Of a stretch of DNA of 64,000 nucleotides, positions 21,920-33,910 are shown one piece after another. Positions within the stretch are counted from its first letter, which is position 1; each line of letters starts with the position of its first letter. This stretch comes from Naegleria gruberi (Eukaryota). Both the position numbers and the translations under genes were made by a program. Where the stretch lies: the NCBI GenBank assembly GCA_000004985.1, contig GG738929.1. One strand, 5' to 3'. The notes under the pieces are model-generated. The model saw only the letters and a program-made list of their open reading frames with translations. It was not told where the DNA came from and made no database searches.

Positions 21920-22178
21920 ATTTTCCTTATTATCTGTGTTTTTTATTTATTGTTGTGCATTGATGAGAGGAAATGTGTGTTGGTCAATTTGAGAGTTTTC
22001 AAAAGTGGTTCGAATCAAAAGTTCCTTTACAGTTTGTTTCAATTCCAAATGTTTCTATTATTTAACAGAGCGAGAAATCAGATGAATACTCACAGGAAAA
22101 AATTGAGAAGAAGGGCAACAACCACTTTGATTATTTCTTAATATAATTATATGTGAAGAAAACTCACTTTCAAAAAAA

Positions 22179-23613
22179 ATGATCAAACGAAGCAGACAAG
22201 ATTTTGAAAATCCATTAATTTCGGAGGAACTACTCATGATCAATAATAATAACATGGAAGAGAAAGCAAAAAAGAAAAAAGTTGTACAAGAAATATTTTC
22301 AGATGACGTTTGCTTTGAAATAATTTCCATGATTGATTCGTGGTTTATTTTGAATAATTGTTCCTTGATTTCAAAACAATTCTTTAATGTGATCAAGGAA
22401 CGTTCAAAACTTGTTATTCAATTTAAAAAAAAATTTACAGAGAAAAGAATTGAATTATTAATGAAAAGTCAATTTATGAATAGTATTGTTAACGTTAAAT
22501 TTTCGAGAAAGTTGCTTGACTCTATAGAACAAGCCAAATTCATAAATGAAATGAAGCAATTAACATCACTTGATATTGGTGGAAATCAAATTGGTGCTGA
22601 AGGAGCCAAATTTATAAGTGAAGTGAAACAATTAACATCACTTAATATATCTTACAATCAAATTGGTGCTAAAGGAGTCAAATTCATAATTGAAATGAAA
22701 CAATTAAAATCACTTAACATTATTGGAAATCAAATTGGTGCTGAAGGAGTCAAATTGATAAGTGAAATGAAACAATTAGCATCGCTTAATATTGGTGGAA
22801 ATCAAATTGGAGATGAAGGGGTCAAATTCATACTTGAAATGAAACAATTAACATCACTTAATATTTGTCTCAATCGAATTGGTGCTGAAGGAGCCAAACT
22901 CATAAGTGAAATGAAACAATTAACATCACTTGATATTTGTTACAATCGAATTGGTACTGAAGGAGTCAAATTTATACGTGAAATGAAACAATTAAAATCA
23001 CTTAATATTAGTGGAAATCAAATTGGTGATGAAGAAGCCAAATTCATAAGTGAAATGAAACAATTAACTTCACTTAATACTTATAAAATCAAATTGGTGA
23101 TGAAGAAGCCAAATTCATAAGTGAAATGAAACAATTAACATCACTTAATATTTATAAAAATCAAATTGGAGATGAAGGAGTCAAATTCATAAGTGAAATG
23201 AAACAATTAACATCACTTAATATTTTTACAATCAAATTGGTGATGAAGGGGTCAAATTCATAAGTGAAATGAAACAATTAACATCACTTAATATATCTTA
23301 CAATCAAATTGGTGATGAAGGAGTCAAATTCATAAGTGAAATCAAACAATTAAAATCACTTGATATTTATAACAATCAAATTGGTGATGAAGGAGCCAAA
23401 CTCATTAGTGAAATGAAACAATTAACAGCACTTAATATTTATAACAATCAAATTGGCGATGAAGGAGCCAAATTCATAAGTGAAATGAAACAATTAACAG
23501 CACTTAATATTTATAGCAATCGAATTGGTACTGAAGGAGTCAAATTGCTAAGCGAAATGAAACAATTAACAGCACTTGTTATTAATAACCAACAGATGAA
23601 ATCTATTAATTAA
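22179..23613 (+). CDS. RNI-like leucine-rich-repeat protein built from about 14 tandem 24-aa (72-bp) repeats. The frame is broken twice (about 23095 and 23225), so this is a pseudogene or a mis-assembled repeat array
   Basis: Repeat unit EMKQLTSL(N/D)I(G/S)(G/Y)NQIG(A/D)EG(A/V)KFIS. Track ORFs 22179..23120 and 23269..23613 are the same array in different frames. The breaks coincide with single-base length differences inside otherwise identical repeats (tataaaatcaa vs tataaaaatcaa). Confidence 0.55.
22540..23590. repeat. 72-bp near-perfect tandem repeat array (coding LRR units)
   Basis: Unit aaatgaaacaattaacatcacttaatat...aatcaaattggtgatgaaggagtcaaattcataagtga recurs head-to-tail with few substitutions. 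Confidence 0.8.
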
Positions 23614-24155
23614 AATCCAAAAAAAAGGATTTGGCATTACAAACGAAGAGAGGAGATTGGCTACCTGGTATCCAGAACGAAAGGTCTCAACACATTATTC
23701 CTATTGCATTAATTTTGCTAGAATGTATTTTAAAGGTCCAATTTCAATGAAGAGTTACTGAAATCATCAGATTGGACAGTTAAGATTGTGATTGTCGGTG
23801 GAATAAAGAAGAAAAAGATTTTACGCGTATGGGCTGTACTTTGATGATTCTTCGAGTGATTTCACATACTGAAGCTACCAAACTTTCACAACATCACCTA
23901 TATACTATTACTAGTGATTTTTGTTTGTGGATTATCATCAAACAACTCTCCAAAAAGCAAATCTTAGATAAAATTGAATCATAGAAAGTAAATTGTTGAA
24001 ACATTAGCCAACTAGAATTATTCCACCATTAGAGACAACTGAAGGAGAATCTGTTCCCTGAAAATAGTTACAGAACAGAATACTCCAAACAAGGAGGTTA
24101 TCTCAATCCAACCAATATTTCAAACAATTATTACAGATAATAAGGAAAATAAAAA

Positions 24156-24273
24156 GACTACAGCACCACAGGTTCCCAAGTTGTCTCCAACCTCAGTACT
24201 GATGTGGCTCGACGATGCTTAACTTCTCAAATCGGACGGGATGAGGTGCATTCATCGTGATATGGCCGTAGCC
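24156..24273 (-). rRNA. 5S ribosomal RNA gene, second copy, inverted relative to the first
   Basis: gactacagcaccacaggttcccaagttgtctccaacctcagtactgatgtggctcgacgatgcttaacttctcaaatcggacgggatgaggtgcattcatcgtgatatggccgtagcc is the reverse complement of the 21796..21914 sequence (near-identical). A-run (T-run on the coding strand) at 24151..24155. Confidence 0.85.
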
Positions 24274-25065
24274 ATTCATAATAATTTGGATATAAATCAA
24301 ATTTATACCAATTTTTTTAATCTCTATTCCTTACTTTGTGAAAAATCCTTTTCTTGACTCCCTGTTCCACTCGCTTCTCTAAAGAATTTGGTATCTTAAA
24401 CAATTTCAATATTTGAAGACTCAAATTCGAAAGGATAAATAGCTATCACCCATCAAGCTCTTAAACAACAACTTGCTGAACCAGCAACAATCAGATTAGC
24501 TTCCTTTGTCTATTTAAAATAAATGAAACCAAGTAGTTACATCAATAATATGAAATTAGTTTTCTTTCTATTAACATTTCATGGTTGTTTGAATTGCTAA
24601 AATGTATCGTAAAAATTTTATGTTTCCAGAATTAATATACCGAAGCGATTTTATTAAGAAAACTAAATTGCTATTACCACAAAGTCTACCAAATATTTCC
24701 TCTATCCAATTAAATATTTAGGCATATTGTTCACCCCACAGTTTCTAAATATTAATATTGAGGGTAACAGTTGTTCATTCAAGTTGAGATTCGAATAAGT
24801 TTTTAAGCTGATACTTCGGAATTGATGTTGCTTCATCTGTCTTAAGGTCTAAGAATGTGGAATATATTTGGATGAGATTAAATTCCTATTAAATTCCTAT
24901 CTGGAGAGCAAACTCAAAAACCAGAATCTTGCAGCTTGTGAATTTCATTACGAATTATGACAATTGGAAAATAGACTATTTCCCCAGCACCAACTAACTT
25001 TGCCGAATAGAGATCGTTCTAAGTATTATCGTGTTGCTCTGTTTCCCTATGTTAAAGAATAAATA

Positions 25066-28000
25066 TTACTGTTGGAAATATTTTTTGATCTTTTTCAGAT
25101 CATTAAAGATTTCTGAAAACTTTGGTCTGCCACTTGGATCTTGAGACCAACATTTTTCCATCAAGCTTACAAACAACTCTACACCATCAAGTATTTGTTT
25201 CTTTTGTTCATCTGAAAGGTTTGTATAATTATTAAAAAGATAAATATCCGCCCATTGTGATAGCTCATTCCTGTTTTCAAAAGGGACAAGTGGTCTTAAA
25301 CCTTCCTTTGCCACCTTGAAAATAATATTTAATCCATTATTACTGTTATTCAATCCAAAATTCCATGATTTTCCATTTGAAAAGAAATGAATTTTTTTTG
25401 AATCCTCATTCAAATATGGGTTTTCCTCAAAGAATAATTCATACATTATTATGGAAAATGAAAAAACATCTATTTTTGTGAGTAAATCTCTATCCTCAAA
25501 GCTGTCTTGAGCTTCTCCTAAAGATACCTCTGGAGCCATGTAAAAAAGAGTGCCCAATGTCATTGTAAATATAGACTGTTTCATTGAATTAGTGGAAACG
25601 ATTTTGGAAAGCTGTTTAAATTCAAAATATTAGTTCTTCAATACTAAAATAACATACACCAAAATCACAAACTTTTGCCTGTCCTGTCGCATTAATGAGA
25701 ACATTTGCTGGCTTTAAATCTCTGAGTAAATTATCAATTAATAAAACAATTGATACAGTAAAAACTAACCTATGAATTAATTTTGGTTTCAATCCATGTA
25801 AATATTTCATACCTGAGGAAATGTCCAATAATATTTGAGCTTTTTGTGAAAGTGTCAGAAAATCTTTTCCACTTCTACAGTCATTGATAATCTTCTCTAA
25901 ACTTCCTCTTTCGCAATATTCTACAACCATGAATCTCTTTGACTCGGTTATACATACTCCGTAGAAAGTGACAATATATGGATTTCTTAAATTTACAAGC
26001 AATGAAACCTCCCTTTCAAAATCCTCTCCATTAGTTTCATTTTCCTCTGATTTTTGATGGAACGACTTGATAGCTACATTGGTAGTCTCCCAACATTTTG
26101 CTAAAAATATGGAACCATAAGCTCCCTCTCCAATTTTCTTTTCTATTTTCAAGTCATCTGAATTAATGAGAAAGTTCATTGACTTTTTGTTCTTTATGAT
26201 TGAATCTTTTGGATCGTAATTGATTCCATAATTTTTGTGAAATTCAGACTTTAAAAGTCTTTTTTCAATATCCTCTTCAGCTTTTTCAAGCTTTTTTAAT
26301 TTTTTAAGTTTGTCCTTAATTTTCCACAATTTCCTAAAAGCAAAAGTTATTAATAATCCAATTATTATACCAGATATAAGAGCTAACAATACACCAACCA
26401 CCGACGTTGATATGAGAACCTCCATAGGAAATGAAGGAGCACACACACCTTCTTGAAGGGAATATCCATGAGGACATGGTGTAATTATCACAGTAATTGG
26501 TATAGATCTGGAAGTAATTTTCAGTAGTATTGGAAACTTGGATTCACTAGGTTGAGATGGTGCCTCAGAAAATGAAATATTGATACCATTATCTATGATA
26601 CTGTAGTCACATTTTGGTATATAGAGAGATGAATTTGAGATAGGTTCTATATCCTCTCTGAAAATATTTACCAAATTTCCATAATAATCTGCTGATTTCA
26701 AAATTTCAATTTTAGCATATTGACCTAAATGCAAATTAAGTGTGGCTGAATTATTAGTAGCAACCAAGTATTTTCCATCAATTCCAAAGTAGGTAGTTTG
26801 AATAGCATAAATAAATTGTATAGAAGATGCCATGTTATCTCCATAAAAACCAGCAGAATTATTTTTCAAATCTGTACCATCGAAATAACCATTTATAGAA
26901 AACACGCCTCCGCCAGCTATCTTTGCATGATTTCCCTCAATGAAACTCTTGGCATCTACAAGCTTTCTATTATCGTTGCTTGTGAATACAGCTCCTCCCC
27001 AAACAGCATAATTTCCTGTCGCGTTCACATTGTAAAATGTAATTATGCTCCTGAGTGAGATAGCGCCTCCAGATCCCTCACACGAGTAGAATCCTTTACA
27101 GTAGCTTTTATCAATATTAGGGTAATGGTTGATTCCATTGTCTCTAAATACTGAATAGGTAATTTGTGAGTGAGAATAATCATTTGAATTTGGGAAAACA
27201 CTGACCATAGCCACAGCCCCTCCTGATATTGTAGCTACATTCGAGACGAATGTTGAACGATCTATAGATAACATTGTTGAATCAGAAACTGCAACAGCTC
27301 CACCACTTCCATTCACAGCACTGTTACTGTCAAATATAGAATCCGCAACCACAAAGAATTCAGAGTCAACAAATACCGATCCTCCATTATCATTTGATAT
27401 CTGGTTGTCTAAAAATCTGGAATTACCAATTTTTGCACTTGAAGCGTCAATTAAATGTACAACTCCACCAATATTACCTGTTGACTCACATTCATCCATT
27501 ACAAACTCATTAACTCGTTCTACGAAAAGTATCCGTGTTTTAGCAGCATTTCCAATTATTTTGACTCTTGATATTGATACGTCGGATGTGTACTTTAGAG
27601 AAATCCAACCTCTACTTAGATTTAACGCCTGACAGTTATCCAATATTATGTTTAAAATCATTTCTGCATAAATTAAAAATGGTTTTTTACCTATAAGTAG
27701 TTCACCGTTTTCTCTTGAAGAAATGAATTTAGAGCCACTAATGTCTGTTTTCTGTATTGAGCTAAGCTTTAGAATACTGATGGAAGGATTACTATCAATA
27801 AATACTAGATTATTCATTTGTAAATGGTCAACATTTAAAATAGTCCAAATGGTACTAGGAGGATCGTTTCCATTTAAAATCATACTATTTAATATTTTCA
27901 CATTTGTCACTATATTGATAGATCCAGAAAGACCTTTCAGATATGATTGATCTATTATAACTCCGCTAGCATATTTTATATAAAAAAGACATGATATCAA

Positions 28001-28687
28001 TGTAGAATTATAGACATGTAGTTTTTGTGAAGTAATTCCCACGTTGGTAAGATGGGAGTTTGTCACAAAATTAAGATCCGCTGTTAATGATTGTAGGGAA
28101 AGCTTGTGAAAATTTGTTAAAGATATTAAGTTTAAATTAAATTCACCATCAGTAGAAAATAGAATAGCATTAATATCAGGGCATTTGTAAGTGAATATTC
28201 GATTTCCAAATGATTTAAACTCCAGTTGAATGGCCACATTGTTGGAAATTACTGCAAAGTTTGACTTGAAAAACAAATCTAATCCGCAATTTTCAACCAA
28301 ATTCTTATCAAAATCATCAAGTATAAATATATTGGCTGTAAAAACCATTTTCAACTTGTTCGTAACTAATTCATTCCAATTTAACAAAATTTCATTTTCA
28401 ATTATTGGTTTCAAAACATATCGAAATGCTAATTTGGGATTATTACACGGAATATCCATCTGTAAACCACATTTGAAGGGTGGATTTAAAAAAGATGAAT
28501 TTAAATATATCGTAGTATTATACTCCTTTTCCGGCTTGTTGTTTGATCCTATTGTTTTTAATTCTCCTCCTCCACCTCCGAATAAAACATCAGTGTTTTC
28601 CATCGTGTCCACCAATTGTAATTTTAAATAAATCATCAAAATGATGAAAATAAAATTCGATAAATATGAAGAGATACTTTGAGGCAT
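25066..28687 (-). CDS. receptor-type protein kinase: signal/anchor, large beta-helix (PbH1 / polymorphic-membrane-protein-like GGA repeat) ectodomain, TM, cytoplasmic TKL-like kinase. 2 exons (28687..25658 and 25575..25066; intron 25657..25576, 82 nt, GTATGT...AAACAG)
   Basis: Ectodomain repeats GSGGAVAVSDS, SGGAVAMVS, GSGGAISL, WGGAVFTS, GGGVFSI. TM VVGVLLALISGIIIGLLITFAF. Kinase GEGAYGSIFLAK, VAIKSF, HRDLKPANVLI, DFG|intron|SIFTMTLGTLFYMAPE, DVFSFSIIMYELF. Splicing joins track ORFs 25622..28687 and 25066..25584 in frame (about 1179 aa). Confidence 0.8.
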
Positions 28688-29488
28688 TTTTTTAAAGATT
28701 TTTATTTTCGTTACATTTTGAAAATTGATTCATTTTTGTATTGATTTAATATTGGAGCTCTTTTCATTGTTCTGTTAAATCATGGAATGCTTGAAAATTA
28801 CCTTGAAATGTTAGAGTGCAATTCAAATTCTTGTTGTTCTCAAACAATTAACTAATATCAACCCAATTTAGAATACTACACCAGCTTGGAATCGTTCTTC
28901 CATCAATGTGCCATCAGGAAGCTCGAATAATTTTCCAGATTTGATCTTGACCACCTGTGAACAATGCATAATCCAATGTGACATGTTGGGTTGAGACTAT
29001 CTAGACGATTTTTCTGTTAATATGAGTTAACCTTCTCTCAACAAATACACAGAATAGTACTGTAGTATGGGTAATAATTTGTGAACATCAATTAGTACAT
29101 CGGAAAATAGTATATCTTTTTGGGTTTTTAGTTTAGCTAATTTATCAACTAAATGAACACACAATGAAGATTGACAAAATTATTAAATTCAGCATTCGCA
29201 TGTATTTAAAACTTTCTATTTAAATTGAATTAAATATTTTAAATATTCAACATTGTGGAACGAGGAGCAAGACAGAAAGTCAAAGATCGACTTTGAACGA
29301 ATCTCTGCTGTTGTTGCTTTGATGCCTCTGGCTTGCTCTTGAAAATTAATAGGTCCTGGGTATGTTGTTCGAGTCAAACTCCACCCAAAATCTATTCACA
29401 ATAATTTTCCCCAACTTAGTATTGAAATTGTAAACTGACAAACCAACCAAAATTTTTGGATTGACAAGATTAAAAAATCTAGAAAAAA

Positions 29489-31732
29489 ATGAACCCCAAG
29501 CCGACTCTATTTCTCGTTTTTCTTCTTTTCGTTAATCTATTGTCTTGCGTATTTGGACAGACCACCACCTACAATATTACTACTATTGCTGGTGGTGGCA
29601 CAGGAGAAGGCGGTCCAGCAAGTACTGCCTTTTTATATACGCCAAACAGTGTGGCATTTGGTCTGAAAGGCGAATTGTACATTGCCGACGATTATAGAAT
29701 TCGTAAAATAGAGAATAATACCATTACAACTATAGTAGGGAGTGCCAGTAAGGGCTTTAGTGGAGATGGTGGGCTCTCCACTCTGGCTAAGGTGCAAAAT
29801 CCAACTGGCATCGTTGTTGGCACTAGAGGTGAGATTCTTTTTGTGGATTCTGATAGAATTAGAAAGATAGAGAATGGTATTATTACAACCATTGCTGGTA
29901 CTGGTGATTCAAGATTTGGTGGAGATGGTGATTTAGCAACGAAGGCACAACTAAATTCTCCTAGAGGTATCGCGATTAGTTCAACAGGTGAAATTTATAT
30001 TGCTGACACTTATAACCATAGAATTCGTAGAATTGCATTGAATGGTACCATTAATACTGTAGCAGGTACTGGTGATTCAAGATTTGGTGGAGATGGTGAT
30101 TTAGCAACGAAGGCGCAACTAAATTATCCTATGGGTATCGCGATTAGTTCAACAGGTGAAATTTATATTGCTGACACTTTTAACGAAAGAATTCGTAGAA
30201 TTGCATTGAATGGTACCATTAATACTATAGCAGGTACTGGTGTCTTAGGACTTAGTGGAGATGGTGATTTAGCAACGAAGGCACAACTAAACACTCCTAG
30301 AGGAATCGCGATTAGTTCAACAGGTGAAATTTATTTTGCTGACACCAGTAACCAAAGAATTCGTAGAATTGCATTGAATGGTATCATTGATACTATAGCA
30401 GGTACTGGTGATCCAAGATTTGGTGGAGATGGTGATTTAGCAACGAAGGCACAACTAAATTCTCCTAGAGGTATCGCGATTAGTTCAACAGGTGAAATTT
30501 ATATTGCTGACACTTATAACCAAAGAATTCGTAGAATTGCATTGAATACTAATATTTCAACCTTTGCCGGTAGTGGGTTTGGATATAGTGGATATGTTGG
30601 AGATGGTGGTTTATCTACTGATGCCCTATTGAATACACCCTTATCTGTAGCTTGTAGTTCAAATGGGGAAATTTATATTGCTGACACTTATAACCATAGA
30701 ATTCGCAAAATTTCACTTAATAATACCATTACAACAATTGCTGGTACTGGAGACAGTGGGTTTAGTGGTGATGGTGGTTTGGCTATCAATGCAAGATTAA
30801 GTTCACCTGCAGATATTGTTGTTAATTCAAATGGTGTAATTTACTTTTCTGATTACGATAATAACAGAATTCGTAAAATAGCATCTAATGGTATTATTAC
30901 AACCGTTGTAGGATCAGGTGTAATTGGAAGTGGGGGCGATGGTGGTTTAGCTATTAATGCCCAACTTAATCGACCTTATGGAATTACATTTAATTCAAAT
31001 GCAGAAATGTACATTGTAGAAAGAATGGGTAGCAGAATTCGTAAAGTTGGTGTAAATGGTATTATAACAACCGTTGCTGGAAGTGATATAGCAAGTGGGG
31101 GAACAACCAGCGTTGGTAGTTTGGCAACTAAAACTGTACTGAATGCACCTTCAAAAATTGTCATTAACTCTAACAATGAGATAATCTTTTCAGACTCGTT
31201 ACACGGTAGAGTTCTTAAAATTGGTTTAGATGGTATTATTAGTGGAGTTGGAAATAGTTTTCGTATGCCCATTGGTATAGCAATAGGTTCAGATGGTGAA
31301 ATGTATATTGCTGATACGAGCATTTTTGCAATACTTAAAATTGACAAGAAAGGAGTGCTTTCAACTATTGTAACTGGATTGGAATCTCCACGTGGCATTA
31401 CATTAGATTCAAAGGGTAATATTTATGTCACAGATTTATATGTTATACATAAAATAACACCAGGTCAACAACCATCTCCCTATAAATCCACTCAACCTGA
31501 TACTTCAATGAAACCAACTCAGCCTGATACTTCAATGAAACCAACTCCTGGAATATCAAGCAAACCAACTCCTGGAATATCAAGCAAACCAACCCCAGGT
31601 CTCTCATTAAAACCAGCCCAGTCAATGAATGTTCCTACACCAAAAAATAGTGAAAGAGTTTCAGAAGCTCTTTCAGTTGTATCTGGTTGGCTTTTTACTT
31701 TTATAATCTTTATTTCAGTTTTCCAATTTTAG
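29489..31732 (+). CDS. secreted NHL-repeat (6-bladed beta-propeller type, about 11 repeats) protein with C-terminal Pro/Thr-rich mucin-like repeats and a hydrophobic tail (GPI-anchor-like)
   Basis: Signal peptide MNPKPTLFLVFLLFVNLLSCVFG. Repeated GEIYIADTYNHRIRRIALNGTI units (NHL signature). C-terminal KPTQPDTSMKPTQPDTSMKPTPGISSKPTPGISSKPTPGLSLKP, then SVVSGWLFTFIIFISVFQF. Single exon. Confidence 0.8.
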   Translation: MNPKPTLFLVFLLFVNLLSCVFGQTTTYNITTIAGGGTGEGGPASTAFLYTPNSVAFGLKGELYIADDYRIRKIENNTITTIVGSASKGFSGDGGLSTLAKVQNPTGIVVGTRGEILFVDSDRIRKIENGIITTIAGTGDSRFGGDGDLATKAQLNSPRGIAISSTGEIYIADTYNHRIRRIALNGTINTVAGTGDSRFGGDGDLATKAQLNYPMGIAISSTGEIYIADTFNERIRRIALNGTINTIAGTGVLGLSGDGDLATKAQLNTPRGIAISSTGEIYFADTSNQRIRRIALNGIIDTIAGTGDPRFGGDGDLATKAQLNSPRGIAISSTGEIYIADTYNQRIRRIALNTNISTFAGSGFGYSGYVGDGGLSTDALLNTPLSVACSSNGEIYIADTYNHRIRKISLNNTITTIAGTGDSGFSGDGGLAINARLSSPADIVVNSNGVIYFSDYDNNRIRKIASNGIITTVVGSGVIGSGGDGGLAINAQLNRPYGITFNSNAEMYIVERMGSRIRKVGVNGIITTVAGSDIASGGTTSVGSLATKTVLNAPSKIVINSNNEIIFSDSLHGRVLKIGLDGIISGVGNSFRMPIGIAIGSDGEMYIADTSIFAILKIDKKGVLSTIVTGLESPRGITLDSKGNIYVTDLYVIHKITPGQQPSPYKSTQPDTSMKPTQPDTSMKPTPGISSKPTPGISSKPTPGLSLKPAQSMNVPTPKNSERVSEALSVVSGWLFTFIIFISVFQF

Positions 31733-32464
31733 AATTAAATAAAACAGTGACGACTATTGGTACATTAAGACCATCCTCTACCATAATTCATTATTTCTTG
31801 ATTCTCTTTTGTTTCAAATGGTAATGAAGTGTTTTGGTTTTTTTTTGGTAATAGTATTCACTAATTCCATTGCATTTTCGTATGATGTTACCACCCCATA
31901 CAGTGTCTCTTCTTATTACTCTCTAAAGATTTGACCCTTTGCTTCACTATCAAAATTTATAGAGGGCTTTGTTACCTCAATATATCCCAAAGCAAGTTTA
32001 ATAATATCTTTTTGCAAATTATTATTCTTATCAGATTAAAATCAGGCTTTCTTTAGTGTAGTGTTTCCCTTAAGTGAGAATCTACAGCAATATATCCATG
32101 GTGCGTTTTGGAAGAAATTCTGTTAAAAATTCTTGTACAAAGGATTCCTTAGTGAGGTTTCTTTCTTGTAGTGGTGTAAGAGTAATTGATTGGTGGAGAT
32201 GTGTCATGGTGATGGAAGCAGAACATTATCAAGCCATGTTGGGGCGCATTCTCACTTCAATAATCCACTATTAATCAACTCATCAAAAAACTCAGAGTTA
32301 TTTTCTGATGATTCTGGTTGCACCAATGGCAGCTTAATTTTATTCTCCAAAAGTGCAATTCGCTGCAATAAATTGTTAAGAGTTGATGGATCAAATTCCG
32401 TACTATTACAAAATTTGGAAATTCATTAAAGTTTTTTCATACTAAAGTAAAAAAATAGCAAACA

Positions 32465-33910
32465 ATGCATCTTCTCTCCCTTCCACTAGATATTTGGCAA
32501 CATTGTATTTTTGAATATTTGATTGGTCCGATTCATGAAATTAATTTTCAAACAAATGATGAAATTATGAAATTCAAGAATTTAACTTGTCCTAAAATTT
32601 GGGAAGGATTGGATGTGGAAACAGTCAAATCCATTCATAAATTGTGCAAAACTATTTCCAAGAGTACTATTCAATTATTATTGGTTGAAATGGATGAGTT
32701 TTGGCAGAGAGTTTCTAACATGTTGGAGATGGCTGTTTATTGGAAACGATATCAATCATTTGAGGGTTTTTCATTGGCTAGAGGTGATGTTAGTGTTGAT
32801 AGTTCCATTTCCATTGTAAAAATGCAGAAATTAATAGAGGCAGTTGAGATGAATGCGAATAGAGAGTACAAGGATATTATCGATCCAAACATGTGTAGTA
32901 ATAATTATTATTATGATACAGATTTAGATTTAAATGAAGTTCCAAATGATTTCTCAAATGAGGAAGTGAACAATTCATTCATAGAACGAGCTCAGAAATT
33001 AATGATTTCCAAATCAAAGTTCGAAAAAATCAAAGAATTGACTCAATTGGATCCATATGATTTATTTCTGCATAAGGCATTGATATTGTCTCTTGATATG
33101 GTTTCATATTTTGATAGCGAGAGATACAAAGGTGAAAACCATTACTATTACAGCACTTTGGAAAGATGTTGTTTAATTTCAGAAGGATTATTTACTGATA
33201 ATTTCACAGATACTAATTCTCTTGGTTTATTGATTGATTTGGAGATTGGATACTCAGCAGAGGATTTAACAGTTTTTGAAGAAATTCATCCTTGTTTTGT
33301 GGCCATTTCTATTAATTTCAATTCAAATTATCTGCACCTTACAGTACCAAAACATGCTCAATATTTATGCTTTTCTTTTGCAGATCCGTATGACAATACA
33401 GAGGAATACGAAAGCTTTTTAGAAGGTCAGGATGAGTTTCCAAACGTTCGAGATTTAACTATCAAATTTCCCAATACGCAAAATAACAAATATTTGGGTA
33501 TTGATACTGCCGATGTAGAGAATAATATCCTCTCAGCAATTACAAGAAAGAGATTTCCCAAATTATTGAGACTTTCAATTCAGGGATCTGTTTCAATGGA
33601 AAATCTTGACAATTATGGAATATTCTCTGAATTATTGTATGTGGAAATTATTAATAATAGAAGAAGAGCCGATGATTATGTCATTGTTAAATATTGGACT
33701 GAAAGGACAGTTCACTCTTTCATCAAGCAACAATTTATTGAGAAGGATTCACTGATTCATCAATTGGTTCTCTATGCCAATATTTGTAGGAATTATCCAG
33801 ATGCAGATTACAATTCCATTAAGGAATACTATGATATGAGCAAGGAAAAATTTGTACCCTGCATTGCACACTCTTCTGTCAATGAATATTATGATAGATG
33901 TTATGAGTAA
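32465..33910 (+). CDS. hypothetical protein with F-box-like N-terminus
   Basis: ATG 32465, 481 aa, TAA stop. N-terminus MHLLSLPLDIWQHCIFEYL resembles the F-box LP.(E/D)I...IF.YL. The rest is unrecognised. Confidence 0.5.
   Translation: MHLLSLPLDIWQHCIFEYLIGPIHEINFQTNDEIMKFKNLTCPKIWEGLDVETVKSIHKLCKTISKSTIQLLLVEMDEFWQRVSNMLEMAVYWKRYQSFEGFSLARGDVSVDSSISIVKMQKLIEAVEMNANREYKDIIDPNMCSNNYYYDTDLDLNEVPNDFSNEEVNNSFIERAQKLMISKSKFEKIKELTQLDPYDLFLHKALILSLDMVSYFDSERYKGENHYYYSTLERCCLISEGLFTDNFTDTNSLGLLIDLEIGYSAEDLTVFEEIHPCFVAISINFNSNYLHLTVPKHAQYLCFSFADPYDNTEEYESFLEGQDEFPNVRDLTIKFPNTQNNKYLGIDTADVENNILSAITRKRFPKLLRLSIQGSVSMENLDNYGIFSELLYVEIINNRRRADDYVIVKYWTERTVHSFIKQQFIEKDSLIHQLVLYANICRNYPDADYNSIKEYYDMSKEKFVPCIAHSSVNEYYDRCYE

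Noticed and set aside
22540-23590. Regular 72-bp repeats considered as a CRISPR-like or satellite array
   Set aside because: The repeats are coding (24-aa LRR units in phase) and contiguous with no unique spacers. This is eukaryotic DNA. It is a protein repeat array, not CRISPR.
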